A DNA stretch of 61,469 nucleotides, filler included, from Sluysia triapertura (taxonomy: Eukaryota), in NCBI GenBank assembly GCA_046118255.1. It is 5 parts of 5 records of this genome, joined end to end, with 100 filler letters (N's around TTAATTAATTAA, not from the genome) between each part and the next. Parts side by side here need not be neighbours in the genome. Positions count along the whole stretch, not along the records: positions 11,967 to 25,311 come from JBJNIA010045237.1; positions 25,412 to 36,267 come from JBJNIA010192572.1; 3 more parts are not named here. One strand, written 5' to 3'. The translations under genes and the position numbers were made by a program. A model generated the notes under the pieces. It was not told the DNA's origin and made no database searches. It saw only the letters and a program-made list of their open reading frames with translations. Below are positions 13,836-25,499 of the stretch, one piece after another (the first letter of the stretch is position 1; every line of letters starts with the position of its first letter).

Positions 13836-15054
13836 ATACAAAATTTGGCAACCAAGATGAATATTTCATTGACACATAATAAACATGTGATAATAAACAA
13901 GGTGATAGGTTGAATGTGAAATTACTGGATGATTATGAAATATTGAAGAAAAAGACAAAGTTCCTTCTGATTCAGAAATATTATGGTGAATGATTTACTT
14001 TAAGCGCTTTTGAGTACTTACTTTGTAGTAAATATGAGGGCAATATAAATTAATATATTATTATTATTATTACATGTATCGTGTTAGTCGGCGTGAATTA
14101 GTAAATCAAGTATCAGGTTTTAATTTAACTAAATGTATAATGCCAAATATTATCGCAGATTCACCGACTTCAACGAAAAACAATTATCTGGCTACTGCGT
14201 TTGCATATAAATCTCAGATTCTTATTTTCGAAAAAATGAATCAGACATTTACTTTCTGAATTCAACACGCTCAATTTGTATTACCAATTTAGAGTATGAT
14301 GATGAAAAAAATGTTTATTCGTTAAACAATATGTAGAGTGAATTAGAAGTAAAATCAATGAATATGATGCAGCAGATATTCGTCTCATGTACAAATTCCA
14401 AAAGATGTGCAATGCAATTATGTAAATAAATGGATGAAAATTTAGTTCAAAATGGTGGAAATGTGTAAAAATCAACACGAAAAGGGTTTCTTACGATTTC
14501 ACCTGATAAATCTCGCCGAAATGATCATCGCAGATCTAAAATTACTGCTACGATCGCTTACCAAAATGGTTAATACCCTTAAAAAGACAACTGAAATACT
14601 ACAAGACATAATATTTGGTCTAAGAACTGATAAAAATACAATTTCATTATAATAAAAGCGTATTTGGTTATGTCTTTATTACTAATTATTTATCTTTATG
14701 TTATAAATGTGTCACAAATAAAGTTCTCCAAGTGTGTACAATGGAGACGACCGATTTCAATTTAATTAAATTAAAAATAGATAAATTTTTTTCTAGCAAT
14801 CTATTCATGTTAAAGGTAATTAAGAAGTGTAAACGAAATCCAAATTCCTATATTAAAAATCACGCAAGATTAACTTCAAACCTAGTTTAATTATCTTGAA
14901 TTCAAATTTAATTTAAATTACATTTTGAAATTGACTATACTATTAAAATATAGTATGTCGCTCTATAGGTCTTTGGTGAACTGAATTTGCTGATTATTCT
15001 CCAATCCACAAAAATTCCGTCTTTTCTAATTATATATCATTGATGTTACTTTAT

Positions 15055-15279
15055 TTATAATATTAACATTGAGTCATCAGCGTGTAAGAGTTCATTTTCT
15101 GTTAATAATTTATATGATTGTGATAAAATTAAGATAAGAAATTCATAATCAACTAATTTCGCGAATTTAGTATTTACCTTAATTTGATCAATGTTTTGAA
15201 ACTCATAATACGTTACTGAAATGTTATCAAAATAATCAGAGTCATTATTAGGTCTCATCATTATTAGGCCTGGTATCAT
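15055..15279 (-). mobile_element. Degenerate piggyBac-like transposase fragment
   Basis: KFAKL...L--SY...ELLHADDSM resembles the piggyBac DKxxKxR...L-vDEsM block containing the first catalytic Asp. Confidence 0.45.
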
Positions 15280-16689
15280 CTCTGATCATTATTTTGAATA
15301 TTTTCCAATATTGAATTGGAATATAATTAATGAATTTTTGTAACTATTGATTTTACGATTTATTATTTCGTACTTAATATCTAACAATAATTATAATCAT
15401 AATAATATTACAATAAAATTAACAATAATTATAAAAATAATAATTGTTATAAATAATAATAAAAATTAAACATTTACTAATTACTGACTCTGGAGAGCTT
15501 TTTATTTTTTAATATTAATAAATTATTAAAAACACTAAACTTTTTAATTAACTTATTCAACAAATTTGAAAAAAATCTTGAAAATTTTAATTATTAGAAA
15601 ACAAATTAACAAAATAGGCTTAAGGCCTTTAAACAAATAACGAAAAACAAAAATTTAATGTTGCTTTATTAAATAACAAAAACGATCTCGAATAATTACA
15701 TACAATCATACTTGATAAAAAAGGGATTACTGGAGTATGAAATAAACTGTTATCACTTAATGTATCATAATTTAACGGAACGTATAATAATCTTTTTAAA
15801 TTACATTTATGATAACTGATCTAATGTCGTTTTATCAATTTCTTTAGTTGACATAAAAGTATCGTTAAGTGATAATCTACGATTCAGTATTTTGTGACAT
15901 TGACGAAATTTAAATCGTCGACGTAACAAATGAATATTTAAAATGGTGAAAGAAAAATATTGATAAATAAACGACTTACTTAATCTAATTCATATTGGTT
16001 AAATGAAATTAAATGTTGTAAATAGTTTGAGTAATTACTACGTATAAATTTCGTAATGAGAATATTACAAAAACTTATCATCCAATAGACTTATAAGCCA
16101 ACTAAATATTATCGTTATATGACATTCTAAAATTTCTAATAAGTAAAGTAGTTTCTTTACGTTTATCACAACATGCAATTTCAGCTAACAGCACTTTCAC
16201 AATTATATCCAAATTAGAATTAGATTTATCGGGTGATTTTAAAACTGCTTTAATTATAGCCTATGTTGGGTATCGATTCATATTATTAGGTAAACTGTAC
16301 TTTTGCAATAGAGGACTAATCGCGATTCAAATTCCGAGCTGCTAAATTATAATAGGAGCAATCTTTTATTTCTCATTCGGGTTAATCACTTGTTTTGTAA
16401 TCTTTTCGTATTCAAATATGCACAAACGTTTCATAATATCAGAAATGTCATATTTTATATCATGTACAAAATATAAACTAAGACGATGAAGAATTGCATT
16501 AAGTTCTAATTTTTTCAACAATTCTACATTTTGTCTCGAAATAAAATAAGTTTAGTTCGGTTATTACAGTCTTCTAACACTAAATTAATCCAGTTATTTG
16601 TAACTAGCATGGAAAAGACAATAAAAATGTAATAAAATATAATAATAGGAAGATTGCATAAGAATAACATATATACGTATTATTATTGA

Positions 16690-19112
16690 ATCAGTCGAAC
16701 CGCGACAACAATATATCTCCCAGGAACCCAATATTGTGAGAACCAGAACCAGAACCACATTGTACAAATTAATCAATGGGAAAATCGCCAAATACTATGA
16801 TACAGCGACCCAAACAGCCACACCCAACAGTCTACTGCATCATTGAGCAATTGTATGCAAATCAGATTCAACCAAATGAAGCGTTTAACATGTTCTGTGA
16901 CTTAATATACCAAGTCAAGGATCAGGACACATAATATCCTGAACAAGTACAATAACGCTCGTTCTGGTAAATACACTAAGTCTCTAGAAGATGTCAAGCT
17001 CAACAAAATCTATCTATCTGACACGACTAGATCATTTCAGTTAATAATGAATGATGGAATTCCTGCCAATCGACCCAGTGAACATCAAATCCTCAAACAT
17101 TACAATAAAGACGAAGTACCTGAATTTAATTCGAAATCAATGCCCAATCTCCCAAACTTCAAGACACATTCACAGGAGAAATGGTCATCCCACAGGAAGT
17201 AAGTCATACCATGAACCAATGTCAAAATACCGCACCAGGGCAAAACAAAATCACCCTGAATGATATTCGGAGAATGGACCTGAAAGGAGAATTTCTAGCA
17301 ATCCTGTTCAACAAGATAATGGAAACTCAATAAATACCGCTCTCCTGGAAACAATTTAACACACTACTAATTATCAAACCTGGTAAAATCCAACAAGCTG
17401 ATGATCTTTCCAACTGGCGACCAATTGCTGTACTGGACATGTGCTATAGGATATTTGTCAAACTGCTAAACGGACGTGTACTGCATTGGATTAAACTTGA
17501 AAAACTTCTACATCCCCATCAAGGAGCAAATCAATAGATCCGATGGATGTATTGAGCATAACTTTGTAATCAGAACGCTCCAAGAAGTAACTGATGCAAA
17601 GAATTATGCCAGAAAGAACAAGCAACAGATTCACATAACCCTACTCGATCTAGCCAACTCATTCGGCTCCGTTCCTCATCAGTTGTTGTGGTATACTCTA
17701 GAAAGAATGGGCATGGATCTAATAACCTTAACTGTCATCAAAAAGCTTTATGACAACAGTTCCACCAGATACTTATGCAATGAATTGCTTACACAATCGG
17801 TGACGATAAAATATGGAGTCAAACAGAGATGCCCACTATCGATGACCCTGTTCTGTGTAGAAATTGATTATTTGTTCAAAAACTTAGAGGAACACAGATT
17901 TATAGAAGGCTATCAATGATGATGACATCGCCTTAATTGGAACAACAAATCTAGACCTACAAACGACAATCGACAAAATTACAACTGATGCCAAAACTGC
18001 AAATCTACTCTTTCGACCAACGAAGTATTATTACTATCATAACTGCCAACAACATCAGCAATACGGAATCAACATACAGGGCATGTCAATTAATAATGTC
18101 CTCCCGGACCAAAAAGATCAAATACTATATCTAAGTGTTCCTTTCGTTGAAACCTATAAAAGACAAGATATTAGTATAATAATCAATAAAAACCTAACCG
18201 ATCTAGAAAAAGTGGTAATATGCAATCTCGATGAAAAATACAAATATAAACTATATAATATCTATATAATAATCCATATAATAATCTATATAATAATCTA
18301 TATAATAATCCAATCGAGATTGCCTTTCCACTTCAGAAATTTGAACATCAATACACAAATCCTCAGCAGTCCACATGCACGACAATCGTCCTCATTAACA
18401 CAGGAAGTTGGATATGATGAGAAAATTCAAAGACTTCTTAAAAGGATCCTGGACTTGGAAAAATATCCTCTTAACAACCACTTCCTGTATCAGCATATGA
18501 TGATTATATTTGCCAAAGCATCATATGTGCGTTCCGACTCCTAACAGCAGCAAATCCCGACACGAAAACTACGGCGAGAATGGAATTGATTCGAGTAACA
18601 AAAGCTCGAAACCCAACTATAGCTAATCTACACGATGCTCTCAACTGGCTTAATGGCTCTCCAGCACATCATCCAGCAAAACTGCAAACGTGGTGGAGCA
18701 AAATACGAAAAGGTGTGGAAAATGTAAACCGCAAATACCACATCAAAATATGCTTCATGTTCGAGGATCCCGTGATAGCAATATATATGGGATCCATACC
18801 ACGTATATTCAACCATAAAAACAAATCAAAGGCTGGAAAGTATCTCCATGAGCTTATTAATATTGCTCAGACAGAACACTGGAAGAACCTGAAACACAAG
18901 GACGTACAATCCATATAACGTCCATGTCACTATATTCCAATAGGTTGTACAATTTACAGATTGGCAACCATTGTTGGAAATTCCTCCTGAAAGCCAGAAA
19001 TAATATTCTACAGTTGAATTACAGCCCAGAAAATGTCCGGAAACAGATGCCAACTACATGCCGCTGGTGTACATTCCCTATCAAATCTTTGCAGCATGTC
19101 CTTTGTCAGTTG
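16690..19112 (+). mobile_element. R2-superfamily (NeSL-like) non-LTR retrotransposon copy A: degenerate RT to CCHC knuckle, truncated before the restriction-like endonuclease
   Basis: Across frameshifts and stops: TAPGQNKI, IPLSWK, SNWRPIAVL, DGCIEHNF, LDLANSFGSVPH, GVKQRCPLS, DDIALIG, WKFLLKARNNIL and CRWC-x8-HVLCQ. These motifs are typical of RLE-class LINE RTs. Confidence 0.88.
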
Positions 19113-22100
19113 CGTCTCTTACCTTTTCCATTGCGCTCTCTTTTTACAGTCGCTTGAAAAGCAATTTAAACTCGATTGCGCTACATCTTTTAAAGTGCAA
19201 CACGCACAACACACTTTTTCCACATGTAATGCACGGGAATACACATTTTTACAAGCCTGGCTAGCTCAGTTGGCAGAAAACGCATTATGTTAGAACTTCT
19301 CTTTGGTTCCGCAATTTTGGAGGCGTGTGGTGACTGCGAACATTTTTCCAGAGTTCACCTACCGGTTACGCCGTGATATCCTCGATGGCAAATCTAAGGG
19401 CTTCCTCCATACTCATTTTGACTTCACCCTGAAGAAAGTATGGAGTGAAGCTTTTCAGATCAATTAATTTTTGAATCATCAATGGTATTCCGACGCAATG
19501 GGAAGATTTAATGAAGACCTTTATGATCATCAAATGGTCGTGAATTCGGGAGTTCCTTCCTTGGTCACTCGCAGTTCGGCGTCAAAGAATATGATCTCGA
19601 TTTTGGTGGTAATCAGATGAACTGCTCTGGCCTAATGGATTGTGAATATTCGTGCCTGGTGGAAAGATTTATTGAAAGCCTTTATGATCGTCAAATGTAT
19701 ATGGACACAATTGGCGGTGAATTCGGCAGCTCCCTCCTTGGTCACTTGCAATTGGGCGTCAAAGAATATAATCTCGATTTTGGTGGTAATCAGATGAACT
19801 GCTCTGTCCTAATGGATTGTGAATGTTCGTGCCTGGTGCAAACTGGTTGGATCGTGAAAGCTCGTGGCGACCAGACAGTCGGTGCTCCTCAGCAGTCAAT
19901 GCCAAGCGGTATCCAGATAGTGGCTTGTCGCTGTTATGAGAAGACCAGTCCAAGATGCAGAGCTTGTTACGCACGGGGTCCTTATGCTGCTGGACCATCC
20001 TTTCCTGAGCATCCAGATATCCATGCTCGTGAGGCGCATGCTGTTGGCCTTGGTGATCCAGCAATCCCGCTCCTTGTACCAGTTTGTATACTTTCTTCAT
20101 ACTCTATTTTGATCCGATCTTTCTTCTGTGAATGTTTGATCTGTCAATGTGTGTATGATGTTTTTATTTATTTTGTACCATATTATTTTTATGTCTTGGT
20201 TTCTTTTTCTTCCTTTAATATCTTTGCCAATCAGTCAGTTACTCCTTCTTATTATCGCGGTTCCCTCGGCGGCGGTCCAGGACCTTCTGACCTGTGGCTC
20301 TACGAGGATGAGATAGAGGCCTTCTTTTCCTCCCTACATAGTAAGAATTCTTGCCTCATTTCTTCCGTTGTACAACCCTTCCTGGACAGCCCGCGCTATT
20401 TTAAAAAATCTATAATTGGGTATAATCCGAAGTGCTCCTGCGCCATCCTTTGCATCAATAACCACTTTTCCCTCCTTGTTATTGATGCAACTGAAAAACT
20501 TTCTTTTGTTCTTGATCCTCTGTGCCCTAAGAACACAAAGCGTACCATATCTTAAGGCAAATTACTTTCGGCCCAAATCTGCACGTTATTAAATATTCAG
20601 GGAATAACATACCTGAATAACGCCCCCTGCCCTTTCCGCCTACAATCTAATTCTTATGACTGTGGGGTCATGGTCTGTGGCTATCTAGTGGCGCTCTCCC
20701 TCGGACATGACCTCACTCGCGTTAACACCAACGCAATACGTCAGATGCTTCGCCCTGGCCAATCTATTGAGACATTCAAATTCAAACTTTACCAATACGG
20801 CCCATCAATCGCGCTCTAAAAATGATAAAAAAACTGGGACAACCTGGCAACGTCCTGTAAACAATAAAACTACTTCAGACGTAAAGGACCACAAAAATAA
20901 TTCCCTCCGGTGGTACTCCCCTAAGAAGGTGAGGAGTAATCAGATACGCCTACGACAGAATTCTTACCCTGTTAATAAGTCTGAGCGTACTGTTGCAATC
21001 TTCAACACATCTTCATTCCCCTTTAATCTCCGCGTTAGCGTACCTAATAACAAAGAACAAAAGAAATGCCTTCCTCAGACTACTGAGCCCTACTATTTTA
21101 CTAAGAGTTTCTTTACACGAAACTTCATCGTATGGGAAGGGGATGAAGTTTTCTTTTGCCAACCACTTGGTGATTGTCCTCCCCAACCTATTATCCCAGC
21201 TCCAACAGTGGTTGCACCTACTACAGTGGAGGTTACTCAACTCGAACCAACTGTAACTGCTACTCTGGTTGAACCTCCGTCTTCCATATTACTTACTGAA
21301 TCTGATCCTATTATGGTTGCTGAAGATTCCAATGTTGTTTCTGATTCTGCCCTAGTCAGTACTGACATACTGATGGATCCACCTACACCTGTCGCCCCAA
21401 CAGACTCCGTTGACTTGGATGAAGTCTGTACAACTCTACTATCCACCTCAGCAAATTCTAAAGTGCCTTCCGTTGACCACCACATGAAGGTAACTTCTAA
21501 GGGTCTGATTCGCTGTGTGAGTAAGAATTGTAAAATGAGGGGTATATCAATTCTTAATGTCCTCGAACTCCGCAGACACTTCACACACAAACATGGTTTT
21601 ACGACCCCAGTTAACAACCTACTTATACTCTGTCCCACTCCTCCGTTCTTAACCCTATCATTCGGGGAGCTGGTCGACTTGCTCTTCCGACTCTGCCTGA
21701 AAATCCTGACCAAATCTTATATACGGTCATCGACCTCTCCACGGTTAGATGTAACACTTGTGACATCACCCAAAAATTCAACCCCATCGATAACAGCAGT
21801 CTTCGGGGCCACCTCCGTTCTAAACACCAAATCCCTGGTACAAAAATCTTAATAAAGTGCACTTGCTCCCTCACTTTCGAATGGCACTCCACACTTGCAA
21901 AGCACCTCCTTACTCACACTTACCCCAATAATAACAATAATACTACACCTACTTCAAAGGATCTCGATTCTGTACATGAATCGGATTGACTATCCCTAAA
22001 TGCGATCATGACCTTTTTTTAACGCCTACATAGTTGACTCTTGTGCTGTTGTGGTGGACTCGGTTACGGCCAACTTTGCTTTGTTCAATGATGAACAGGC

Positions 22101-22766
22101 TTTGCTTAATAACTTCCCCTTTTCCAAATGTTCGGCCTGGCTTCACCTCTTCTGGATCCTTAATTTGGAGTCGCATTGGATCCTTCTAATATTCAACAAG
22201 CAGCACAACTTTTACTCTATCATTGATCCCCTGGATTCTCACCCCCGTCATCTCTTCCTTCTAGGGGACTACATCTCGAATGTCATGATCGCTTGTACCT
22301 CCCTACCTCTTTCCATATAAGGAACCTTTAAAACTAAAATTTATCCCATATCCTACTCAGGAAGGCCCTACAGACTGTGGACCATTCATCTGTGATATCG
22401 CATTACAACATAAACGCAATCCTGATATTGTAATGTTTTCTAAACCAGATATTGCTGACACTAGGAAGGTACTATTTAATATAATATCAATTTCTCTTGC
22501 TGACCAACCTAGGGAGAAATCTAACCACCCACATCCTTCTTTACAATCGCTATGCTTAAAACTTAATAAGGATCAGATATCCATTGATGATGCCTTCATT
22601 GCTTTCTGTGATCTTGTCCATAAGTTGTATCCTCCTAAGTTCCCTAATATTATGATACAATCTAAACATCATAATGCCCAGGATACTAATTTAGACAAAA
22701 TCTTTACTAATAATCAAACAAAGGCGTTTCATCTTATTACTGGAACGGACTCTCCTTCTATAACTA
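19113..22766 (+). mobile_element. NeSL-like retrotransposon copy B: 5' half (head, repeats, protease 1, zinc fingers, protease 2, pre-RT linker), disrupted
   Basis: Collinear with copy C from 19232. Protease 1 (WLYEDEI / NNHFSLLVID / LDPL / QSNSYDCG, stop at 20553), C2H2-type fingers, and protease 2 (HWILLIF / IIDPL / QEGPTDCG). Its final ~80 codons are homologous to the start of copy A. Confidence 0.82.
19255..19312 (+). other. tRNA-like segment (5' acceptor strand plus A-box) near the head of copy B; counterpart at 22790-22830
   Basis: GCCTGGCTAGCTCAGTTGGCAGA resembles a eukaryotic tRNA 5' end (tRNA-Lys-like GCCCGGCTAGCTCAGTCGGTAGA). Copy C keeps CTAGCTCAGTT plus a B-box-like TTCGATTCC. 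No complete cloverleaf. Confidence 0.45.
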
Positions 22767-25311
22767 CACGGGAATACACATTTTTGCAACCCCAGCTAGC
22801 TCAGTTATGAAACAACTTTTCTTCGATTCCGCAATTTTGGAGGCGTGTGGTGACTCTGCGAACATTTTTCCAGAGTTCACCTTCCGGTTACGCCAAGACA
22901 TCCTCGATGGTAACTCTGATAGCTCCCTCCATACTCATTTTTACTTCACCCTGAAGAAAGTATGCAGTGGAGCTTATCAGATTATATGTTTATCTAAACG
23001 TCTACTCTATTTTGGCTCAATTGGAAGATTTGGGGCGGTCAGGATTAGTGGTCGGATGGAGAGATGCCTCGTTGGTCGTTCGTGGTTAATAGTCAAGGAA
23101 GTATGGCGAACAGATTTTCATGGTAATGGTATTGACTTTGCTGGCCTGTTCGATTTTTGGATCGTGCAAGTATGGAGTGGAGCTTATCGGATTAAAGCAG
23201 TCATGATTGGTGGTAAAATCGGGAGTTCCCTCGTTGGTCATTCGCGGTTGGTGATCAAGAAAGTATGGAGAGCAGATTTAGGAGCAAAACGGCGAATTCG
23301 TGGTGATGATATCTTTACTGGTCTAATGGATTCTCCTCACCAGAAGATCAGTACTTGTCACGCACGGGGTCCTCATGCGGCTGGACCATCCTTTCGAGAG
23401 TATCCAGATTGCCGTGCTCGAGAGGTGCTTCCAGATTACCTGGGTGATCCAGCTCTCAAACATCATCATCAACACGCTGGTCACATAGTCTGTTACGCAC
23501 GGGGTCCTTATGCAGCTGGACCATCCCTTCCTGAGCATCCAGATATCCGTGCTCGTGAGGTGCATGCTGTTGACCTTGGTGATCCAGCAAACCTGCTCCT
23601 GGTACCAGTTCGTTTACTTTCCTTACTTTCTTCTACTGTGATCCGACCTTTCTTCTGTGAATGTTTGATCTCTAAATGTGTGTATGATGCTTTTATTTAT
23701 TATGTAACACATTATTTTTATATCTTCATTTCCTGTTCTTCCTTTAAAATCTTTACTAACCAGTCCATTACTCATTCTTATTATCGCGGTCCCCTCGGCG
23801 GCGGTCCAGGCCATTCTGACCTCTGGCTCTATGAGGATGAGATAGAGGCCTTCTTTTCCTCCCTGCATAGTAGGAATTCCTGCCTGATTTCTTCGATTGC
23901 ACAACCCTTTCTGGACAGCCCGCGCTACTTTACAAAATCCATAATCGGATATAATGCGAAATGCTCCTTTTTCTGCGCCATCCTTTGCATCAATAACCAC
24001 TTTTCCCTCCTTGTTATTGATGCAACTGAAAAACTTTCGTTCGTCCTTGATCCTCTACGCCCTAAGAACACAAAGCGCACCATATCCTGTGGGAAGCTGC
24101 TTTCCGCCCAAATCTGTGCGTTGTTGGATATTCAGGGAGTGACATATCTGAATAATGCGCCTTGCCCTTTCCGCCTACAATCTAATTCGTATGACTGTGG
24201 GTTCATGGTCTGTGGTTATCTAGCGGCACTCTCCCGCGGACATGACCTCACCCGCGTTAACACCAACGCAATACGTCAGATTCTTCGTCCTGGTCAACCC
24301 ATGGAGTCCTCCACGCGCCGTTCAAATTCAAATTCTACGACCCAGCAATCGCGCCCTAAAAATAATATAAAAATTGGGACAACGTCGCAACGTCCAGTAC
24401 AGTATAAGGCAAACTCAGATATACTTAATAAGGATCACAAAAATTATTCCTTCCAGTGGTACACCCCTAAGAACGTCAGGACTAATAAGATGCGCCTACC
24501 ACAGCATAAGCCTGTGAATGTCTGTGAATAAATCTATGAAAAAGTTTTCTGTGAATAAGTCTGACCGCAGTGTTGCAATCCTCAACACATCCTCATTCCC
24601 CTTCAACCTCCGTGTAAGCGTACGTAATACCAATAAACAACAAAAGAAACCCCTTCCTCGGACTACTGAGCCCTACTACTTTACTAAGGGTTTCTGTACG
24701 CGAAACTTCATCGTATGGGACGGGGATGAAGTTTATCTTTGCCAACCACTTGGTGATTGTTCTCCCCAACCTATTATCCCAACGCCAACAGTGGTTACGC
24801 CTACTAAAGTGGAGGTTAGTCAACTTGAACCAACTGTAACTGACACTCTGGTTGAACCTCCGTCCCCCATCTTACCTACTACCGAAAATGTGCCTACTAC
24901 TGCTATTATTGAAGACTCCAATGTCATTACTGTTTCTGCCCTAAGCAGTAATGACATACAAATGGACCCACCTACACCTGTCGCCCCAACAGACTCCGTC
25001 GACTTGGATGAGGTCTATACAACACTATCATCCACCTCGGCTAATTCTAAAGTACCTTCCGTTGACCACCACATGAAGGTAACTTCCAAAGGTCTCATTC
25101 GATGTGTCAGTAAGAATTGTAAAATGAAGGGCATATCTATTCTTAATGTCCCCGAACTCCGCCGACACTTCGCACACAAACACGGCTTTACGACCCCACT
25201 TAACGACCTCCTTATACTCTGTCCCTGCGGTTCTGTTAAGAGTTGGGAGGAGTTTAATTCCTCACATAGCTCCCATTCTTCCGTCCTTAACCCTATAATT
25301 CGTGGAGCTGG
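22767..25311 (+). mobile_element. NeSL-like retrotransposon copy C: 5' portion (574-aa and 281-aa ORFs separated by one frameshift), cut by an assembly gap
   Basis: Diverged direct repeat of 19232-21673. Intact Ulp1/C48-like catalytic motifs (H...D...Q-x5-C) at ~23818-24240 and the C2H2 finger CVSKNC...HFAHKH. Confidence 0.85.
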
Positions 25312-25411
25312 NNNNNNNNNNNNNNNNNNNNNNNNNNNNNNNNNNNNNNNNNNNNTTAATTAATTAANNNNNNNNNNNNNNNNNNNNNNNNNNNNNNNNN
25401 NNNNNNNNNNN
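25312..25411. other. Assembly gap linker
   Basis: 44 N + TTAATTAATTAA + 44 N. Confidence 0.97.
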
Positions 25412-25499
25412 AAGTAATTTCGAAAGTAGTAATTTCGAAAATTTTTTATTAGATTTGAAAATTAATTCGGGCGACAAGAGGTTAAAATGTCGTCCACCT

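Noticed and set aside
18250-18312. IIIY-repeat insertion in the copy A ORF
   Set aside because: 12-bp slippage expansion (TATAATAATCTA-like) in a dead element; not a protein feature.
19255-19330. Intact tRNA gene
   Set aside because: Only the 5' strand and A-box are tRNA-like. The D-stem 3' side, anticodon arm and acceptor 3' strand cannot be folded.
19425-19460. Hammerhead ribozyme core (CTGAAGA)
   Set aside because: No stem II followed by GAAA, and no cleavage-site geometry.
23779-23815. 2A ribosomal-skipping peptide (GP motifs)
   Set aside because: Lacks the DxExNPGP consensus; the motifs are AAGP/GGGP.
18628-24823. Minus-strand and alternate-frame ORFs over the retroelement cluster
   Set aside because: Shadow ORFs of the GC-richer plus-strand coding sequence, with no motifs.
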